From an uncultured Candidatus Saccharibacteria bacterium (GTDB taxonomy: Bacteria; Patescibacteriota; UBA1384; 2-12-FULL-50-11), in assembly GCA_964348645.1 (NCBI GenBank), contig CAYGDK010000002.1:1-40888 (forward strand): 40,888 nt of DNA. The letters are read 5' to 3'. Below are positions 6,475 through 16,678 of this stretch, piece after piece. A program made the position numbers and the translations under genes. The notes below the pieces were generated by a model. The model saw only the letters and a list, made by a program, of their open reading frames with translations. It was not told where the DNA came from and did not search any database. Each line of letters begins with the position of its first letter. Within the stretch, counting starts at the first letter, position 1.

Positions 6475-9400
6475 TCATTTTAATGCAACTAATTTTTGCC
6501 TGACTACAGCCCATTGCTCTGCTCCCCAATTATCGTAGAGAAGTTTTGCAAACTTTGTGTTCTTTTCTGGATCAAGCATTGCGTCCCAAGCTTTTTGAAC
6601 CTCGTCATTATCAAGTCCATCTTTGTTTAAATACGGTTTGTCGATAATTCCAGCTTCATACATCATGGCTCTTTCCTTTTTACCATTAAGCCAAGTGTAG
6701 TATGTAATGTTGTTTATTCTGAACAATCCGCGATCAATTGAATCAACCTCTTCTTTATTAACAGGATTAATACCTTTTTTAATTGGGGCGTCGTCACTCC
6801 ACATTCCAGTCTTTGGATCAATTCTATTTGCAATATCAATTTCAGCTCCAGTTTTTCTCTCGGCATTTTCCTTTGTTAATATAATCTTTGCGTTTTCTGA
6901 CTGATCTCCCCAGATCTTATCAATAACATCATCGTGTTGTTTTGCTCCAAGCTTAACTTCACCACTAACAACATCAACATTTTCTGGTTTCTTTTCTGCC
7001 TTTTTGTATTCGTCCATTTGATAATTCCAGTCTGGTGCATTATCTGGCCACTTTTGACCTGTCATTTCTACATAGTTGTTTTGCCAACCTTGCAAGTATT
7101 GTGCTTGTTCCTTACCCTCTTTGACATCAATTTTTACACCGTTTGGTAAAACAATTCTAACCATGTCGTCTGCAAAAGAAGATTCTAGCCTATATGGAAA
7201 CTTACGCTCTACAGCTGGATCTTCCTTTTTAAGTAACTTTCTAAAACCAGATTTCAATATGTCTTTTGCTTTCTCTTGCCAAGTTTTCTCTTCTACTGGA
7301 GAGATAGGCAAACCATAATTAAACATCTGGTCTTCGTCAAAAGCTTTGACCTCACTAACGAGACTAAACTTTGACTTCATAAAAATATCTGCAACTAGTT
7401 TTTCGCCAATTTTTAACTCGGATAGATTGTCTTTGACTTTGTTAAACTCTTTTTCTACATCTCTTGATATAACATCTTCTTTTTTAGATAGGTCGTAAAT
7501 CTCGTTAAACTCAGATTCACTCATTCTCTTTTTCATTTCTTTTAGAAGCTCAACCTTTTCTGCGTTTGAGGTTGCGTCAATTAAGCTGTTAACGTTTGGG
7601 TCGCCCTGACCGCGAACAATGCCAAGCCTAAACTTTTTAAGAGTATTTGTTTTGGTTCTTCTTTCGTCCTCTCCAACTGGCGATTCGTGACCTAAAACAT
7701 CGGTTATTAATTGCTTTTCTACTTCATACTTGTTGGTCATGCTTGGGTCTTTTTGATATAGTTTAATAGCGTTATCAACCTTGTTTCTAATTTCTAATGA
7801 CTTTACAGCAGAAGCTTTTCCAGATCCCTTTAGAATATCCCTGTTCATGTCTTTTTGACCCTGATCGCTTACCTTAATCCATCTACCTAGAATGTTACTT
7901 ACAATTGGTAAGTCTAATGTTTTTTGATACCAAGTCTTGTCTGTTTGCTCTGTAATATAAGTTTTAAAGAATGTCCCACCCCCAAGTTGATTAAATACCC
8001 AAGTTGCAAATGGTTTAAATGCGTATTTTCCACCAGCTTCAAACTCAAGATCGTTAATAACATTTCTACCTCTAAAGAAATCATACGGATTTTGACCTGC
8101 CAAAAACTGTGATATTCCAAAGATCGTTGTTAATGTTGGTGATAAGCTTGGTACTTGGCCTCCAGTAAAGCTTAAAAGATCCTGAGCGTCTTTTGCAATG
8201 CTTTGCTCGTTATTTCCTGCCCTTAATACTTTCCACAAAATACCACCCAAAAGCCTACCTGTTTCGTCCTGTGGCATACGGATATAAGTTGTTTGATTAT
8301 TTTTTCTACCAATTGGGATTATTATATAATTGGTTTTGTCATACTCTGAAATGTCCTCAAACATTTTTCTTAATGCGTCTCCAAATAGTCCAGCCAACGC
8401 ACCAAACATCAAAAGCTTTGGGGTAAATGTAACCTTTGCGGTCTTCCACCAATAACCAGATCTTGTTGTCGGATTAACAAAAGCAACGTTTAAGTCTGAC
8501 CTAACACCCTCTTTAATGGCGTTTGCAAATAAAAACACCTCGTTATACCAAGCACTACCAGCACCGCGTCTCAAGAAGTCTGGCGACCCTATGGAGGTTC
8601 TTATGAATGACCCTAGCTGTTTGTTTGGTAATTTACCATTTAGCTCGTTATAACCTGAAACTTTTGGTAATGTTTCAATAAAGTTACCAGATTTTTCAAT
8701 AGTGTCTAAAATTCCATTTAATACTTTGTAAACTTTAGTCTTGTAAATAAAACCTTTCTTTTCGTTTGTTAGTGAACTTAATCCAACTTTAGCCATGACA
8801 TAATCAAGTTGTTTTTCGTCCTCGCTCATACCACTTACAATATCATTGTAGGTAACACCCAACATTTTGCCCTTTTCCATCTTGGCTATGGTTTCATCAA
8901 AACCACCCCATGCTCTGGCTTTTGCCGATGGTAGAGCTTCTTTGTATCTAACAAGGGCTCTCCAAAGCGTCATGTTTGGTGTATTTTTGTAAAGTCTTAA
9001 AAAGTCTTTAAATAAGTTAAATCCTTGAAACCCTAAATTAAATGTAATAAATAGTGGCCTGTAGAGTTTACTGTTAAAGAACTTAATAACACCTAATACA
9101 GCGTTTGCTTCACCTGTTCCTGAGTATTCCATTGTACTTGCAATGTATGGGTCAATGTAATAACCCTTAAATACTCCATTTTCCATGACCGTAAACAATG
9201 CTAGATTTTTATCCTTTGGTTCAACTGGCATTTGAGTTTTGCCATTAAATACTGTCTTTGCGTCAATTATCTCTTCTGAGTAGTTTGTCTTTAAAAAGTT
9301 AACAATTGATGTCTTAACCTTGTTTCTCTCAATTGCACGAATCATACTAATTGTTTTTACAAGTGTTGATGTAGCTGGGTTTGCAATCTCTTTTAAAGTA

Positions 9401-12400
9401 CCAACCTGTTGCTTAATGGAAGCAGAGATGTTTGTATCCATGTAATCTAATACTTGATAGGTTGCGTATGCTGGGTTTGCTTTCATTTCTGCAATTAATG
9501 ATTCTTTGTAAAACCCTGCTTCTTGTGCTTCGTCCAAAACACTTTTGATTGCTTCACGATATTTAGGTAGCAATTTTTCTACTATAGCGAACTTGTCGCC
9601 TAGATTCTTCTTTAAAAAATCAAGTTGTGTTTGTGCGGTTTCAACATTAAAACCAAGTGGGTTTGCCAGTCCTTTAGGTAATAAGCTTTCAACTTCGCTG
9701 TAAAGTGACTTACCATCTGCACTCTTTAGTTTTGAGAGCTCTTTTTTCATTACTTCAATTTGTTTACCTGCCCCCATTTCCTCAATATCCTGTGGCAGTT
9801 CACTAATAATGTTGTTGTAAAGATCTGGGTTTAATCCTTTAATTTGTAGAATAGGACTTTTGACAGCCCCTCTTTCTTTAACTACTCTCTCCAAAAATAG
9901 TATTTCTCCCAAATCTTCCCAATTAACATTGTTTTTGTTTAGCTCTTCGTAAATTGGTTGTATGTTTTCTTCAACAAAGTTTTTAACTAATCCTCCAACA
10001 TAGTTGTGCTCTTCAAGCATGTAGACTGGATTAAGTTCGTCTGCAACAAATATCCCCTGTTTTTTTAATTGTGCGACCTTATCAATTAGTCTTTGGTTTT
10101 TATCTATCAATTCATATTTAAGTCTAAAAGAATAATCTTTGCTCTTTTGTTTTTTCTCTTCAAGTAATACTTTGAATTTGTCCTCACCCTTAACAAACAT
10201 GTTTCTGATGTCTTGTTCCCTTTGAGAAAGTATGGCGTCTTCACCTTTGACCAATAAGTCCCAAGTTTTAAAGAACTCATCTTTGATTGCTGGTTTCCTG
10301 TCAATGTGTTCAAAGAATCCGTTCCAGAATGTTGGGGCAGTTTCTTTAAGTAGTGCTGGGTCATTAAACAAAACGCTTACTGCGTCTGCGTATAATTCTG
10401 GTGTTGAATATCTATATTTTGTAAAGCTTGGATTTTCGTTTTCGTCAAAAGGTTTCCAGATTTGTGTTAACTTTTTAAGCTCTGTTGTTACAACCGAGTT
10501 TCTTAATTTAATTGTTTTGTGAATAGCATTTAACTTTTTAGTTATTCCCTTAATCTCTTTAAGTAAAGACAAGTTCAATGATCTATTACCCTCTGTAACA
10601 GCTCTTTTTCTTTGCAATCTCAATGATCTTCTTTGACCTAATAAAATATCAGTTTCGGCCTCAACCTTTACTCCACTAAACTTTTCTCTCAAGAATCTAT
10701 TTAAACTTGCGATTCTTCCAATTATGTTTCCACGAGCCATTGTTTTGTCTGGGAAGTAATCGGCCAAATGCCCCATCTCGTGAGCCAATGTTTTTGAAGC
10801 TTGAGCTTCGTCTCTAAATATCTCTCTGTTTAAGGCAATCTTGCCGTCACCAGTTGGTACAAAAAATCCGTTTGGTCTTCCACCACCCAAAGACGGTCTA
10901 GGTCTTGGTAAAACAACTGATGGAAAACTGCCTGTTAATTCTCTAACCATTCTCACAAGCTCTGGAAACTCAATAACCTTAATTTGTGTATCTAACTTTT
11001 TACTTAAGTTTTTAAGATCTGCAAATTTTCCAGCAGAAGCGTAAGCCTTACCAGCTTTATATACTCTAGTTTGTTGAACCGTACCTTTGGCTGTTTTAAA
11101 TGCTTCTACATCAACATTTATTTTATCTCCAATTTTTAGATTGTCTGAGTTTAACTGCATTGCTTCTGGAATTAAAGCAAATCTTGATTTTTTACCTTTA
11201 AATACCAACACTTTATCTGGAGTGGATTCTTTATTGTATATGTCTTTTATCGGTTTACCTGCCTCAACTTCCAATACTGGATTGTCCATAAACTCTTTAT
11301 TATTTGCAATCAATGTTTTAATATCAGTTTTTCCTATTTTTGGTCTGGTGTATTCTTGTTCTCCTTTTGAGTTTGTTTTTGCTACCAAGAAAGCGTTTGA
11401 AACTCCAGTATTTCCATCAAACCCAACTCTATTAATTTCGTCTACCAATTCTTTAACCTTAACCACTTTAGATGGTGCAAGTACCAACCCCTCTTTTTTA
11501 GATTCCACTTTAGGCTTTGCTTCAACTTTATCTTTGGTATATGTAATTGGAATACCACCGACTGTTTCTGTTGGTAGATTTTTCTTTTTGACCTCTTCTT
11601 TTGAAACAATCTCTTTTGTATCCACTTTTGATATAGTTTGATCTACTTTCTCTATTGCTTGGTTATAGAAATCTTTTAATACATCAATATCACTAATTTT
11701 ATTTTCTGCGTAAAGTTTTTGATACTGCGGTGCTTGTGCAAATGAAACAAAAGCATTAAGTAAATCGCTACTTTCTTTTGGTATGTTTGTATCTCCAAAA
11801 ACATAATTAGTTTTGTTTGTAAATGCCTGAATAAATTCCTCTGCTGTCTTATACTTTTTAGCCTCTTCTACTAATGGTGTTGGATCTGTTTTGTTAACAT
11901 TTAAACTTGTTACCCCCACGTCGTCTCTTTGTTGGTTTATAACTGGTTGTCCGTTTTCTTGGGTCAATGCCTGTTTAATAACATCTGGCACATTTTTGTC
12001 TGGCTCTTCGTCTTCTGTTTTTCCTTGCAAAACCTGTTCTTTGTCTGCAATTATATTAATTACTTTTGCTTCTGAGGCTGTTTGATCTCTTGCGTCACTT
12101 CCTGCGTCAAAACCGCTCAATGATCCACCGATAATTGCACCAATGATTCCACTTTCAAGCATACCGTCTGTTGCCTCTTTCCCAGTATTTACATTTGAAA
12201 TTGCGGATTGTATAGCTTCTTGGCCACCCTCAAAGAAAGCAGAAGCAAATAATCTTTTAAGTGCTGTTTTGTTTTCTCCAAAGATACCAAGTTTGTTTGA
12301 TATTCCTATTGTAAAAGCGTTTGCCCAGAATGTCGCACTCGCCTTTTTTGAGGATTCTTCTTTGTCTTTACCCTGTTTAAGATTATCATCATATACAGAT

Positions 12401-13344
12401 CCAGCCTCACTCATGGCTTCAAGAGCTGTTGCTGATGAACTGGCAAAGAATAAAGCAACACGGGGGGATACCTGAGCCAATACTGATGTAAGCTTTCCTG
12501 CTCCAATTGATGGTACAAAAAATGTTAAAGCAGAACCCACACCCTCTGCCAATTGATCTGTAAATGTTGGCATTTCTGGCCTCAACTCGTCTGCCCAAAG
12601 CTTCAACTTTCCTGATACTTTGTCGCTACCCTTGCCTAAAACATCTGCTTTTTTTCTTTGTATGTCTTTTATAAACTGTGGCACAAGCGGATTCTTTTCA
12701 TAATTTTTGGCGTTTAATTCACTTGCCCAAGTTACTGCGTCTGCCATAGAGGCTGTACTTTCCAATACTCCAGCACCAATTGATTTTTTGGTTTGTTTGT
12801 TTGATAGTTTGACTACAGTATTGTTTCTTTTAATAATACTTCCAATACTTCCTGAGTTGTCGGCAACAATACTTTCAAGGTCTTGGATCTCTTTTTGTCT
12901 CTTCTCGCTATACTTTTTGTTTTGCTCGTCGTTTAATTCCTTAATCTTTAATTGAATTGGTGGAATTGTAGACATTCTATGATAATCGTTATAGCTTATC
13001 TTTCCCTGTGCGAAGTCTGTGGCGTTTTGTTTTTGAACATTAAACTCAGTAACAAAGTTATTTTTAATAACTTCTGCCTCTTTTTGAAATGCTGGTTTGA
13101 TTTTGTCGTTAAAGGTATTCTTAATAAAGTCACCTGCCTTTTCTAAAAATCCTTTTTTCTTTTGCTCAACTTGTGCAACCTGAGATGGTTTCTCTGTTAC
13201 AACTGGCTTGGTGGCATTTAATATAGAATCTCGTCTCTTTTGGAAGTCTGAATCATTTGACGTAACATTACTAGGCTTACTTGATGAGGTATCTTGTATT
13301 CCTAAAACTTTATTTCTTCTCTTTTTAAATTCATCGTCATACAT
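6475..13344 (-). CDS. 2289-aa polyvalent virion/ejection protein with a zincin HExxH motif and a lysozyme-like C-terminal domain
   Basis: Uninterrupted ORF. AHEMGHL is encoded at 10768-10782. C-terminal SIDRGLFRINNITYYTW (about 6717-6736) resembles the lysozyme D-x-G-[IL]-F-Q-I-N-x(3)-W motif. Confidence 0.85.
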   Translation of the reverse strand: MYDDEFKKRRNKVLGIQDTSSSKPSNVTSNDSDFQKRRDSILNATKPVVTEKPSQVAQVEQKKKGFLEKAGDFIKNTFNDKIKPAFQKEAEVIKNNFVTEFNVQKQNATDFAQGKISYNDYHRMSTIPPIQLKIKELNDEQNKKYSEKRQKEIQDLESIVADNSGSIGSIIKRNNTVVKLSNKQTKKSIGAGVLESTASMADAVTWASELNAKNYEKNPLVPQFIKDIQRKKADVLGKGSDKVSGKLKLWADELRPEMPTFTDQLAEGVGSALTFFVPSIGAGKLTSVLAQVSPRVALFFASSSATALEAMSEAGSVYDDNLKQGKDKEESSKKASATFWANAFTIGISNKLGIFGENKTALKRLFASAFFEGGQEAIQSAISNVNTGKEATDGMLESGIIGAIIGGSLSGFDAGSDARDQTASEAKVINIIADKEQVLQGKTEDEEPDKNVPDVIKQALTQENGQPVINQQRDDVGVTSLNVNKTDPTPLVEEAKKYKTAEEFIQAFTNKTNYVFGDTNIPKESSDLLNAFVSFAQAPQYQKLYAENKISDIDVLKDFYNQAIEKVDQTISKVDTKEIVSKEEVKKKNLPTETVGGIPITYTKDKVEAKPKVESKKEGLVLAPSKVVKVKELVDEINRVGFDGNTGVSNAFLVAKTNSKGEQEYTRPKIGKTDIKTLIANNKEFMDNPVLEVEAGKPIKDIYNKESTPDKVLVFKGKKSRFALIPEAMQLNSDNLKIGDKINVDVEAFKTAKGTVQQTRVYKAGKAYASAGKFADLKNLSKKLDTQIKVIEFPELVRMVRELTGSFPSVVLPRPRPSLGGGRPNGFFVPTGDGKIALNREIFRDEAQASKTLAHEMGHLADYFPDKTMARGNIIGRIASLNRFLREKFSGVKVEAETDILLGQRRSLRLQRKRAVTEGNRSLNLSLLKEIKGITKKLNAIHKTIKLRNSVVTTELKKLTQIWKPFDENENPSFTKYRYSTPELYADAVSVLFNDPALLKETAPTFWNGFFEHIDRKPAIKDEFFKTWDLLVKGEDAILSQREQDIRNMFVKGEDKFKVLLEEKKQKSKDYSFRLKYELIDKNQRLIDKVAQLKKQGIFVADELNPVYMLEEHNYVGGLVKNFVEENIQPIYEELNKNNVNWEDLGEILFLERVVKERGAVKSPILQIKGLNPDLYNNIISELPQDIEEMGAGKQIEVMKKELSKLKSADGKSLYSEVESLLPKGLANPLGFNVETAQTQLDFLKKNLGDKFAIVEKLLPKYREAIKSVLDEAQEAGFYKESLIAEMKANPAYATYQVLDYMDTNISASIKQQVGTLKEIANPATSTLVKTISMIRAIERNKVKTSIVNFLKTNYSEEIIDAKTVFNGKTQMPVEPKDKNLALFTVMENGVFKGYYIDPYIASTMEYSGTGEANAVLGVIKFFNSKLYRPLFITFNLGFQGFNLFKDFLRLYKNTPNMTLWRALVRYKEALPSAKARAWGGFDETIAKMEKGKMLGVTYNDIVSGMSEDEKQLDYVMAKVGLSSLTNEKKGFIYKTKVYKVLNGILDTIEKSGNFIETLPKVSGYNELNGKLPNKQLGSFIRTSIGSPDFLRRGAGSAWYNEVFLFANAIKEGVRSDLNVAFVNPTTRSGYWWKTAKVTFTPKLLMFGALAGLFGDALRKMFEDISEYDKTNYIIIPIGRKNNQTTYIRMPQDETGRLLGGILWKVLRAGNNEQSIAKDAQDLLSFTGGQVPSLSPTLTTIFGISQFLAGQNPYDFFRGRNVINDLEFEAGGKYAFKPFATWVFNQLGGGTFFKTYITEQTDKTWYQKTLDLPIVSNILGRWIKVSDQGQKDMNRDILKGSGKASAVKSLEIRNKVDNAIKLYQKDPSMTNKYEVEKQLITDVLGHESPVGEDERRTKTNTLKKFRLGIVRGQGDPNVNSLIDATSNAEKVELLKEMKKRMSESEFNEIYDLSKKEDVISRDVEKEFNKVKDNLSELKIGEKLVADIFMKSKFSLVSEVKAFDEDQMFNYGLPISPVEEKTWQEKAKDILKSGFRKLLKKEDPAVERKFPYRLESSFADDMVRIVLPNGVKIDVKEGKEQAQYLQGWQNNYVEMTGQKWPDNAPDWNYQMDEYKKAEKKPENVDVVSGEVKLGAKQHDDVIDKIWGDQSENAKIILTKENAERKTGAEIDIANRIDPKTGMWSDDAPIKKGINPVNKEEVDSIDRGLFRINNITYYTWLNGKKERAMMYEAGIIDKPYLNKDGLDNDEVQKAWDAMLDPEKNTKFAKLLYDNWGAEQWAVVRQKLVALK

Positions 13345-13345
13345 A

Positions 13346-14599
13346 TTATTGATTCACGATAGGTTTTATACCAAACTTTGCTAGTTCCTCTGGAGTTTCT
13401 TTGGCACTTCCATATCTACTGTTGGTATTATATAAATTATAAATATCTGTTGGTTCTAGGTATCCAGCATAGATTTTAAGCATGTCTTTTAAGGTTACAC
13501 CGCTACTTGCGTCTTCAACGGCACTATTTGTGTAAGATCTCTTTTTGTCTGTTTCACTTCCACCACCAGTTGGTGTTCCATAACTTTTAACAGAAACCGT
13601 TCCGTCTGCATTTTTAAATCCAACCTGAGTGACACCGTTATTTGTATTACTAAAGATAATGTTTGCGTTGGCGTCTGCTTTTAGAGAAGCTGTAAATCCA
13701 ACTGGCAAACCAGATTGAACTTCAAGCTTTGAGATCATTGCCTGAGTAGATGGGTCAAGAGAAGCAAAGCTGGTATTTCCTTTTATAATACTGTTTTGCA
13801 TAATTTGTAGGTTTGCTCGGGCGGCGTCTCGTGCGTCGTTCTTCTCTGTTTGAATAAGTCCATAGATTTGAATGTTACGGTTAAAGTCTGATGTATATTT
13901 ATCAACGGCGTCGTTGTAATCAAGACCAGCAAAATTAATCATTGTTTGAACAACTGAGTATTTTGTGGTTAATTCATCATTAATTGTTTGAATCTGTCTA
14001 TTAACGAAGTCTAGCTTTTCATTTTCCTGTCTGGTTATTTCACTTACTCTTCCACCAATAACACCAAGTGGTACGGCTTTGCCCTCTTCATTTTTGCTTC
14101 TTTCTCTTTGACTTGCTTGAATCGTCCTAGCTTCTGTCTTTAAATCATTAAGCGAAGTTTCAAGGTCTCCGATGTTATATTTTGTTCTCAATTCGTCAAA
14201 CATTAAAGTTCTATTAAGTAGTTCTGGTTCTCCCCCTGCTGGTGCAAGACTATTTTTTAAAGTATCAACCCTACTAGTTCCATCTGCTGGATTTGTTGAA
14301 TCGTCATACATTGATGTCTGCAAGTTTTGAAGATAATTAGTAGCCTCGTCTGTTGAGCCAACTTTAGGTACGCCACCACTTGGAGTTGCTGGTTGATCTA
14401 CAAACTTTTGAATTGTGCCCGTTGGCAATCCCTGTGCCTTGTCTGACTGTGCGTTTACTTCCGCCGATACTTTTACCCCTGCATTTGAACCTATTGATTC
14501 GACCCCTTTCGCCTGAGAGAAACCCTTACCATCGTATTGATAGCCATCATACCAACCTCCAATTTTAAATCCCCCTGCTGGTGCTTTCGGTGTTGCCAT
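13346..14599 (-). CDS. Virion structural protein (417 aa), function unknown
   Basis: Track ORF in the tail block. N-terminal GGWYDGYQYDG, central coiled-coil-like region. Confidence 0.7.
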   Translation of the reverse strand: MATPKAPAGGFKIGGWYDGYQYDGKGFSQAKGVESIGSNAGVKVSAEVNAQSDKAQGLPTGTIQKFVDQPATPSGGVPKVGSTDEATNYLQNLQTSMYDDSTNPADGTSRVDTLKNSLAPAGGEPELLNRTLMFDELRTKYNIGDLETSLNDLKTEARTIQASQRERSKNEEGKAVPLGVIGGRVSEITRQENEKLDFVNRQIQTINDELTTKYSVVQTMINFAGLDYNDAVDKYTSDFNRNIQIYGLIQTEKNDARDAARANLQIMQNSIIKGNTSFASLDPSTQAMISKLEVQSGLPVGFTASLKADANANIIFSNTNNGVTQVGFKNADGTVSVKSYGTPTGGGSETDKKRSYTNSAVEDASSGVTLKDMLKIYAGYLEPTDIYNLYNTNSRYGSAKETPEELAKFGIKPIVNQ

Positions 14600-14605
14600 A
14601 CATTC

Positions 14606-14614
14606 AGTATATCA
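14606..14614 (-). promoter_or_regulatory. Extended -10 TGATATACT, 6 nt from ATG 14599
   Basis: Minus strand reads GTGATATACTGAATGTATG. Confidence 0.4.
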
Positions 14615-14617
14615 CTA

Positions 14618-15526
14618 CTAAAGTTCTATATCATCAATAAAAATGTAATAGTAAAGATCCCCTGCTTCGGATTGAACAGTAAGCACAGTATCACTCATTC
14701 CAGCGTACCCTTGAACGTTGGAACTAAAGAGTGATGGTAGCTTTCCACGAACGCCACCTGTTGGTTGAAAATATGCCAAAAATGCTCCTTTGTAGCCTAG
14801 AGTGTGGGCTATTTCTACTGGGTTAAAATCGGCGACGGATAAATTACCAAACTGTTCAGACTTTAAAACTGGCCAATTGGTATTAAATGTCTGTTGTTTG
14901 TGTGTTGAGTTTAAGACATCTACCCCAAACCTAGCAATTTTTATTCCAATACTCTTAACATTGCTTGTCATTTCTGGAGCATTAACAGTTGTTGATGTTG
15001 GATAAAAGTTTGGACGAGTAACTAATAAAACATCAAGTGTGCACCCTGTTGTAGCACCAGAAAACCAAACATCAGTTGGCGAACCATCATTGTAAAACTT
15101 AAATGCCATAGCATTACCAGAAGACCAACCGCTTCGTGCTAGTATCTCATTCATTGAACTTGCAACGTTAATGGCTACCCCCTCCCCTACTGGAGGTAAG
15201 CTGTATTGTGCCCTCGTTTCTGCCGAAGTAGGGGATCGTGTCAACGGATTTGTTGATCCAAAGTCCTCAATGTTGTCTTCGTCAATTCCAAATAAAACAT
15301 ATTTTAAGTTACCAGAACCGCTACCTTTTAATCCAACTCTCAAGTTTAGTGTCCCTGATAATACGGTTGTATTTTTTGCAATGGTTACATTTCTAAATCT
15401 AACTGCACCCTCACGGTCAACACCACCCTCATTTCCACAAGTATAGATTCCAGTTACGCCATATCCGCCATAACTCCAGAACATGTCGTTGTCGTCTACT
15501 ATTTGCCATACATATTCATTTGCCAT
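14618..15526 (-). CDS. Tail/receptor-binding candidate (302 aa), paralogous domain with the next gene
   Basis: IAHTLGYKGAFLAYF motif shared with 15531-16454. Confidence 0.7.
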   Translation of the reverse strand: MANEYVWQIVDDNDMFWSYGGYGVTGIYTCGNEGGVDREGAVRFRNVTIAKNTTVLSGTLNLRVGLKGSGSGNLKYVLFGIDEDNIEDFGSTNPLTRSPTSAETRAQYSLPPVGEGVAINVASSMNEILARSGWSSGNAMAFKFYNDGSPTDVWFSGATTGCTLDVLLVTRPNFYPTSTTVNAPEMTSNVKSIGIKIARFGVDVLNSTHKQQTFNTNWPVLKSEQFGNLSVADFNPVEIAHTLGYKGAFLAYFQPTGGVRGKLPSLFSSNVQGYAGMSDTVLTVQSEAGDLYYYIFIDDIEL

Positions 15527-15530
15527 ATTA

Positions 15531-16454
15531 TTATGTTACATCAGATAAGTCCTCATCAAAAATTAGATATTTTATATTTATTGTCTCTGCCGTTAATGTC
15601 TCGTTTGATCCAGCAAAATAACTGGCTCTTCTGAAAAATGTTATTCTTATTTTGGTTGCGTCTACAAAAGAGGAAACTTCATAGAATGGGTGGCCAATAT
15701 CTGTTAACGGAAAACCAACCCCAACCTCCAAAGCGTCACTAAAAGTACTACCTGTAAAGTATGCCAGAAAGAATGGGGGATAGCCAAGACCATGATTAAT
15801 GTCAACAAAAACCGCCTCTTCTGCTGTTTGATCTGCAAAAGAACTAAAGATTAAGGGTAGTGTCAAACTAGTTGTACTTGATTTCTCTGGTATGTATTTA
15901 AGAGATCTGAAACGGGTAGAGAATCCCATTTTAAAAGGTTTCTCAGAATCTAAAACGTCATTGCCAGACTGTGATATTTTAATACCAACATCTTGATTTC
16001 CAAGTATTGAGGATTCATTAAAGCTCTGTGCAAGATCTGAAAATATAAAGTACATAAAATCGTATGTGGTGTTTGCAGTAGCACTAATCGCCTGAATATA
16101 AAGATAGGTAGAATCTGAATACACCTCAAAAAGATCTGACTTTGACACCCAACTGTTCCACATTCCTGTAGCTGGGAAGTAAGAGTTTGTGTGTGTTATG
16201 TTATATGGGCTTCCTACACTTTCGTTTTGCCACGTTGCAGTTCCTTTTCTATAAACATAAAAGGCTGGGGCATATCCCAAGTTGTGTGCAATTTGTGTTG
16301 TACCATTACCAGAGCCGTTTGTTGATACTGTTGTAGTATTTTTGGCCAAAACTTTTAAAGTGTTGTATTTTGAAGAAAATATCAAGTTTTGAGGATCAGT
16401 ATTTAATAATACATTTATATCTTTTTTAGCTGTACTGAATCCAAAATCGCCCAT
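15531..16454 (-). CDS. Tail/receptor-binding candidate (307 aa) with two copies of the H-x-LGY-x-P-x-F module
   Basis: IAHNLGYAPAFYVY and INHGLGYPPFFLAYF. Confidence 0.7.
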   Translation of the reverse strand: MGDFGFSTAKKDINVLLNTDPQNLIFSSKYNTLKVLAKNTTTVSTNGSGNGTTQIAHNLGYAPAFYVYRKGTATWQNESVGSPYNITHTNSYFPATGMWNSWVSKSDLFEVYSDSTYLYIQAISATANTTYDFMYFIFSDLAQSFNESSILGNQDVGIKISQSGNDVLDSEKPFKMGFSTRFRSLKYIPEKSSTTSLTLPLIFSSFADQTAEEAVFVDINHGLGYPPFFLAYFTGSTFSDALEVGVGFPLTDIGHPFYEVSSFVDATKIRITFFRRASYFAGSNETLTAETINIKYLIFDEDLSDVT

Positions 16455-16459
16455 AACCT

Positions 16460-16465
16460 ATTATA
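16460..16465 (-). promoter_or_regulatory. -10 hexamer TATAAT, 5 nt from ATG 16454
   Basis: Minus strand reads GTATATAATAGGTTATG. Confidence 0.35.
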
Positions 16466-16468
16466 TAC

Positions 16469-16678
16469 TCAATACCCATTTTTTTGATATCCCATGACCA
16501 TGACAGGTACGTTGTTTTCGTCCATGACAATTAGTCTTTTGATAGCAGTACCTATTCTAATTTCGCCTTTAAGCTCGTTTGACTTCTCCAAACTCATAGC
16601 ACTTGATTGTTGGTCAAGTGGTATCTCTGCAATGTTTGTTGTGTACTCAATTAGTTTTGTGTCTTCCATGTTAGTCAA
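16469..16678 (-). CDS. Hypothetical protein (69 aa)
   Basis: Track ORF with an 8-nt overlap with the upstream gene. Confidence 0.55.
   Translation of the reverse strand: MTNMEDTKLIEYTTNIAEIPLDQQSSAMSLEKSNELKGEIRIGTAIKRLIVMDENNVPVMVMGYQKNGY

Noticed and set aside
6707-13146. Many 60-184-aa plus-strand ORFs (e.g. 11087-11641, 12143-12475) antisense to the 2289-aa gene. Similar antisense ORFs occur at 18680-19231, 20758-21186, 14802-15446 and 25930-26430
   Set aside because: They are shadow ORFs inside long, uninterrupted minus-strand genes, with hydrophobic or low-complexity translations and no start context. The coding strand is clearly minus.
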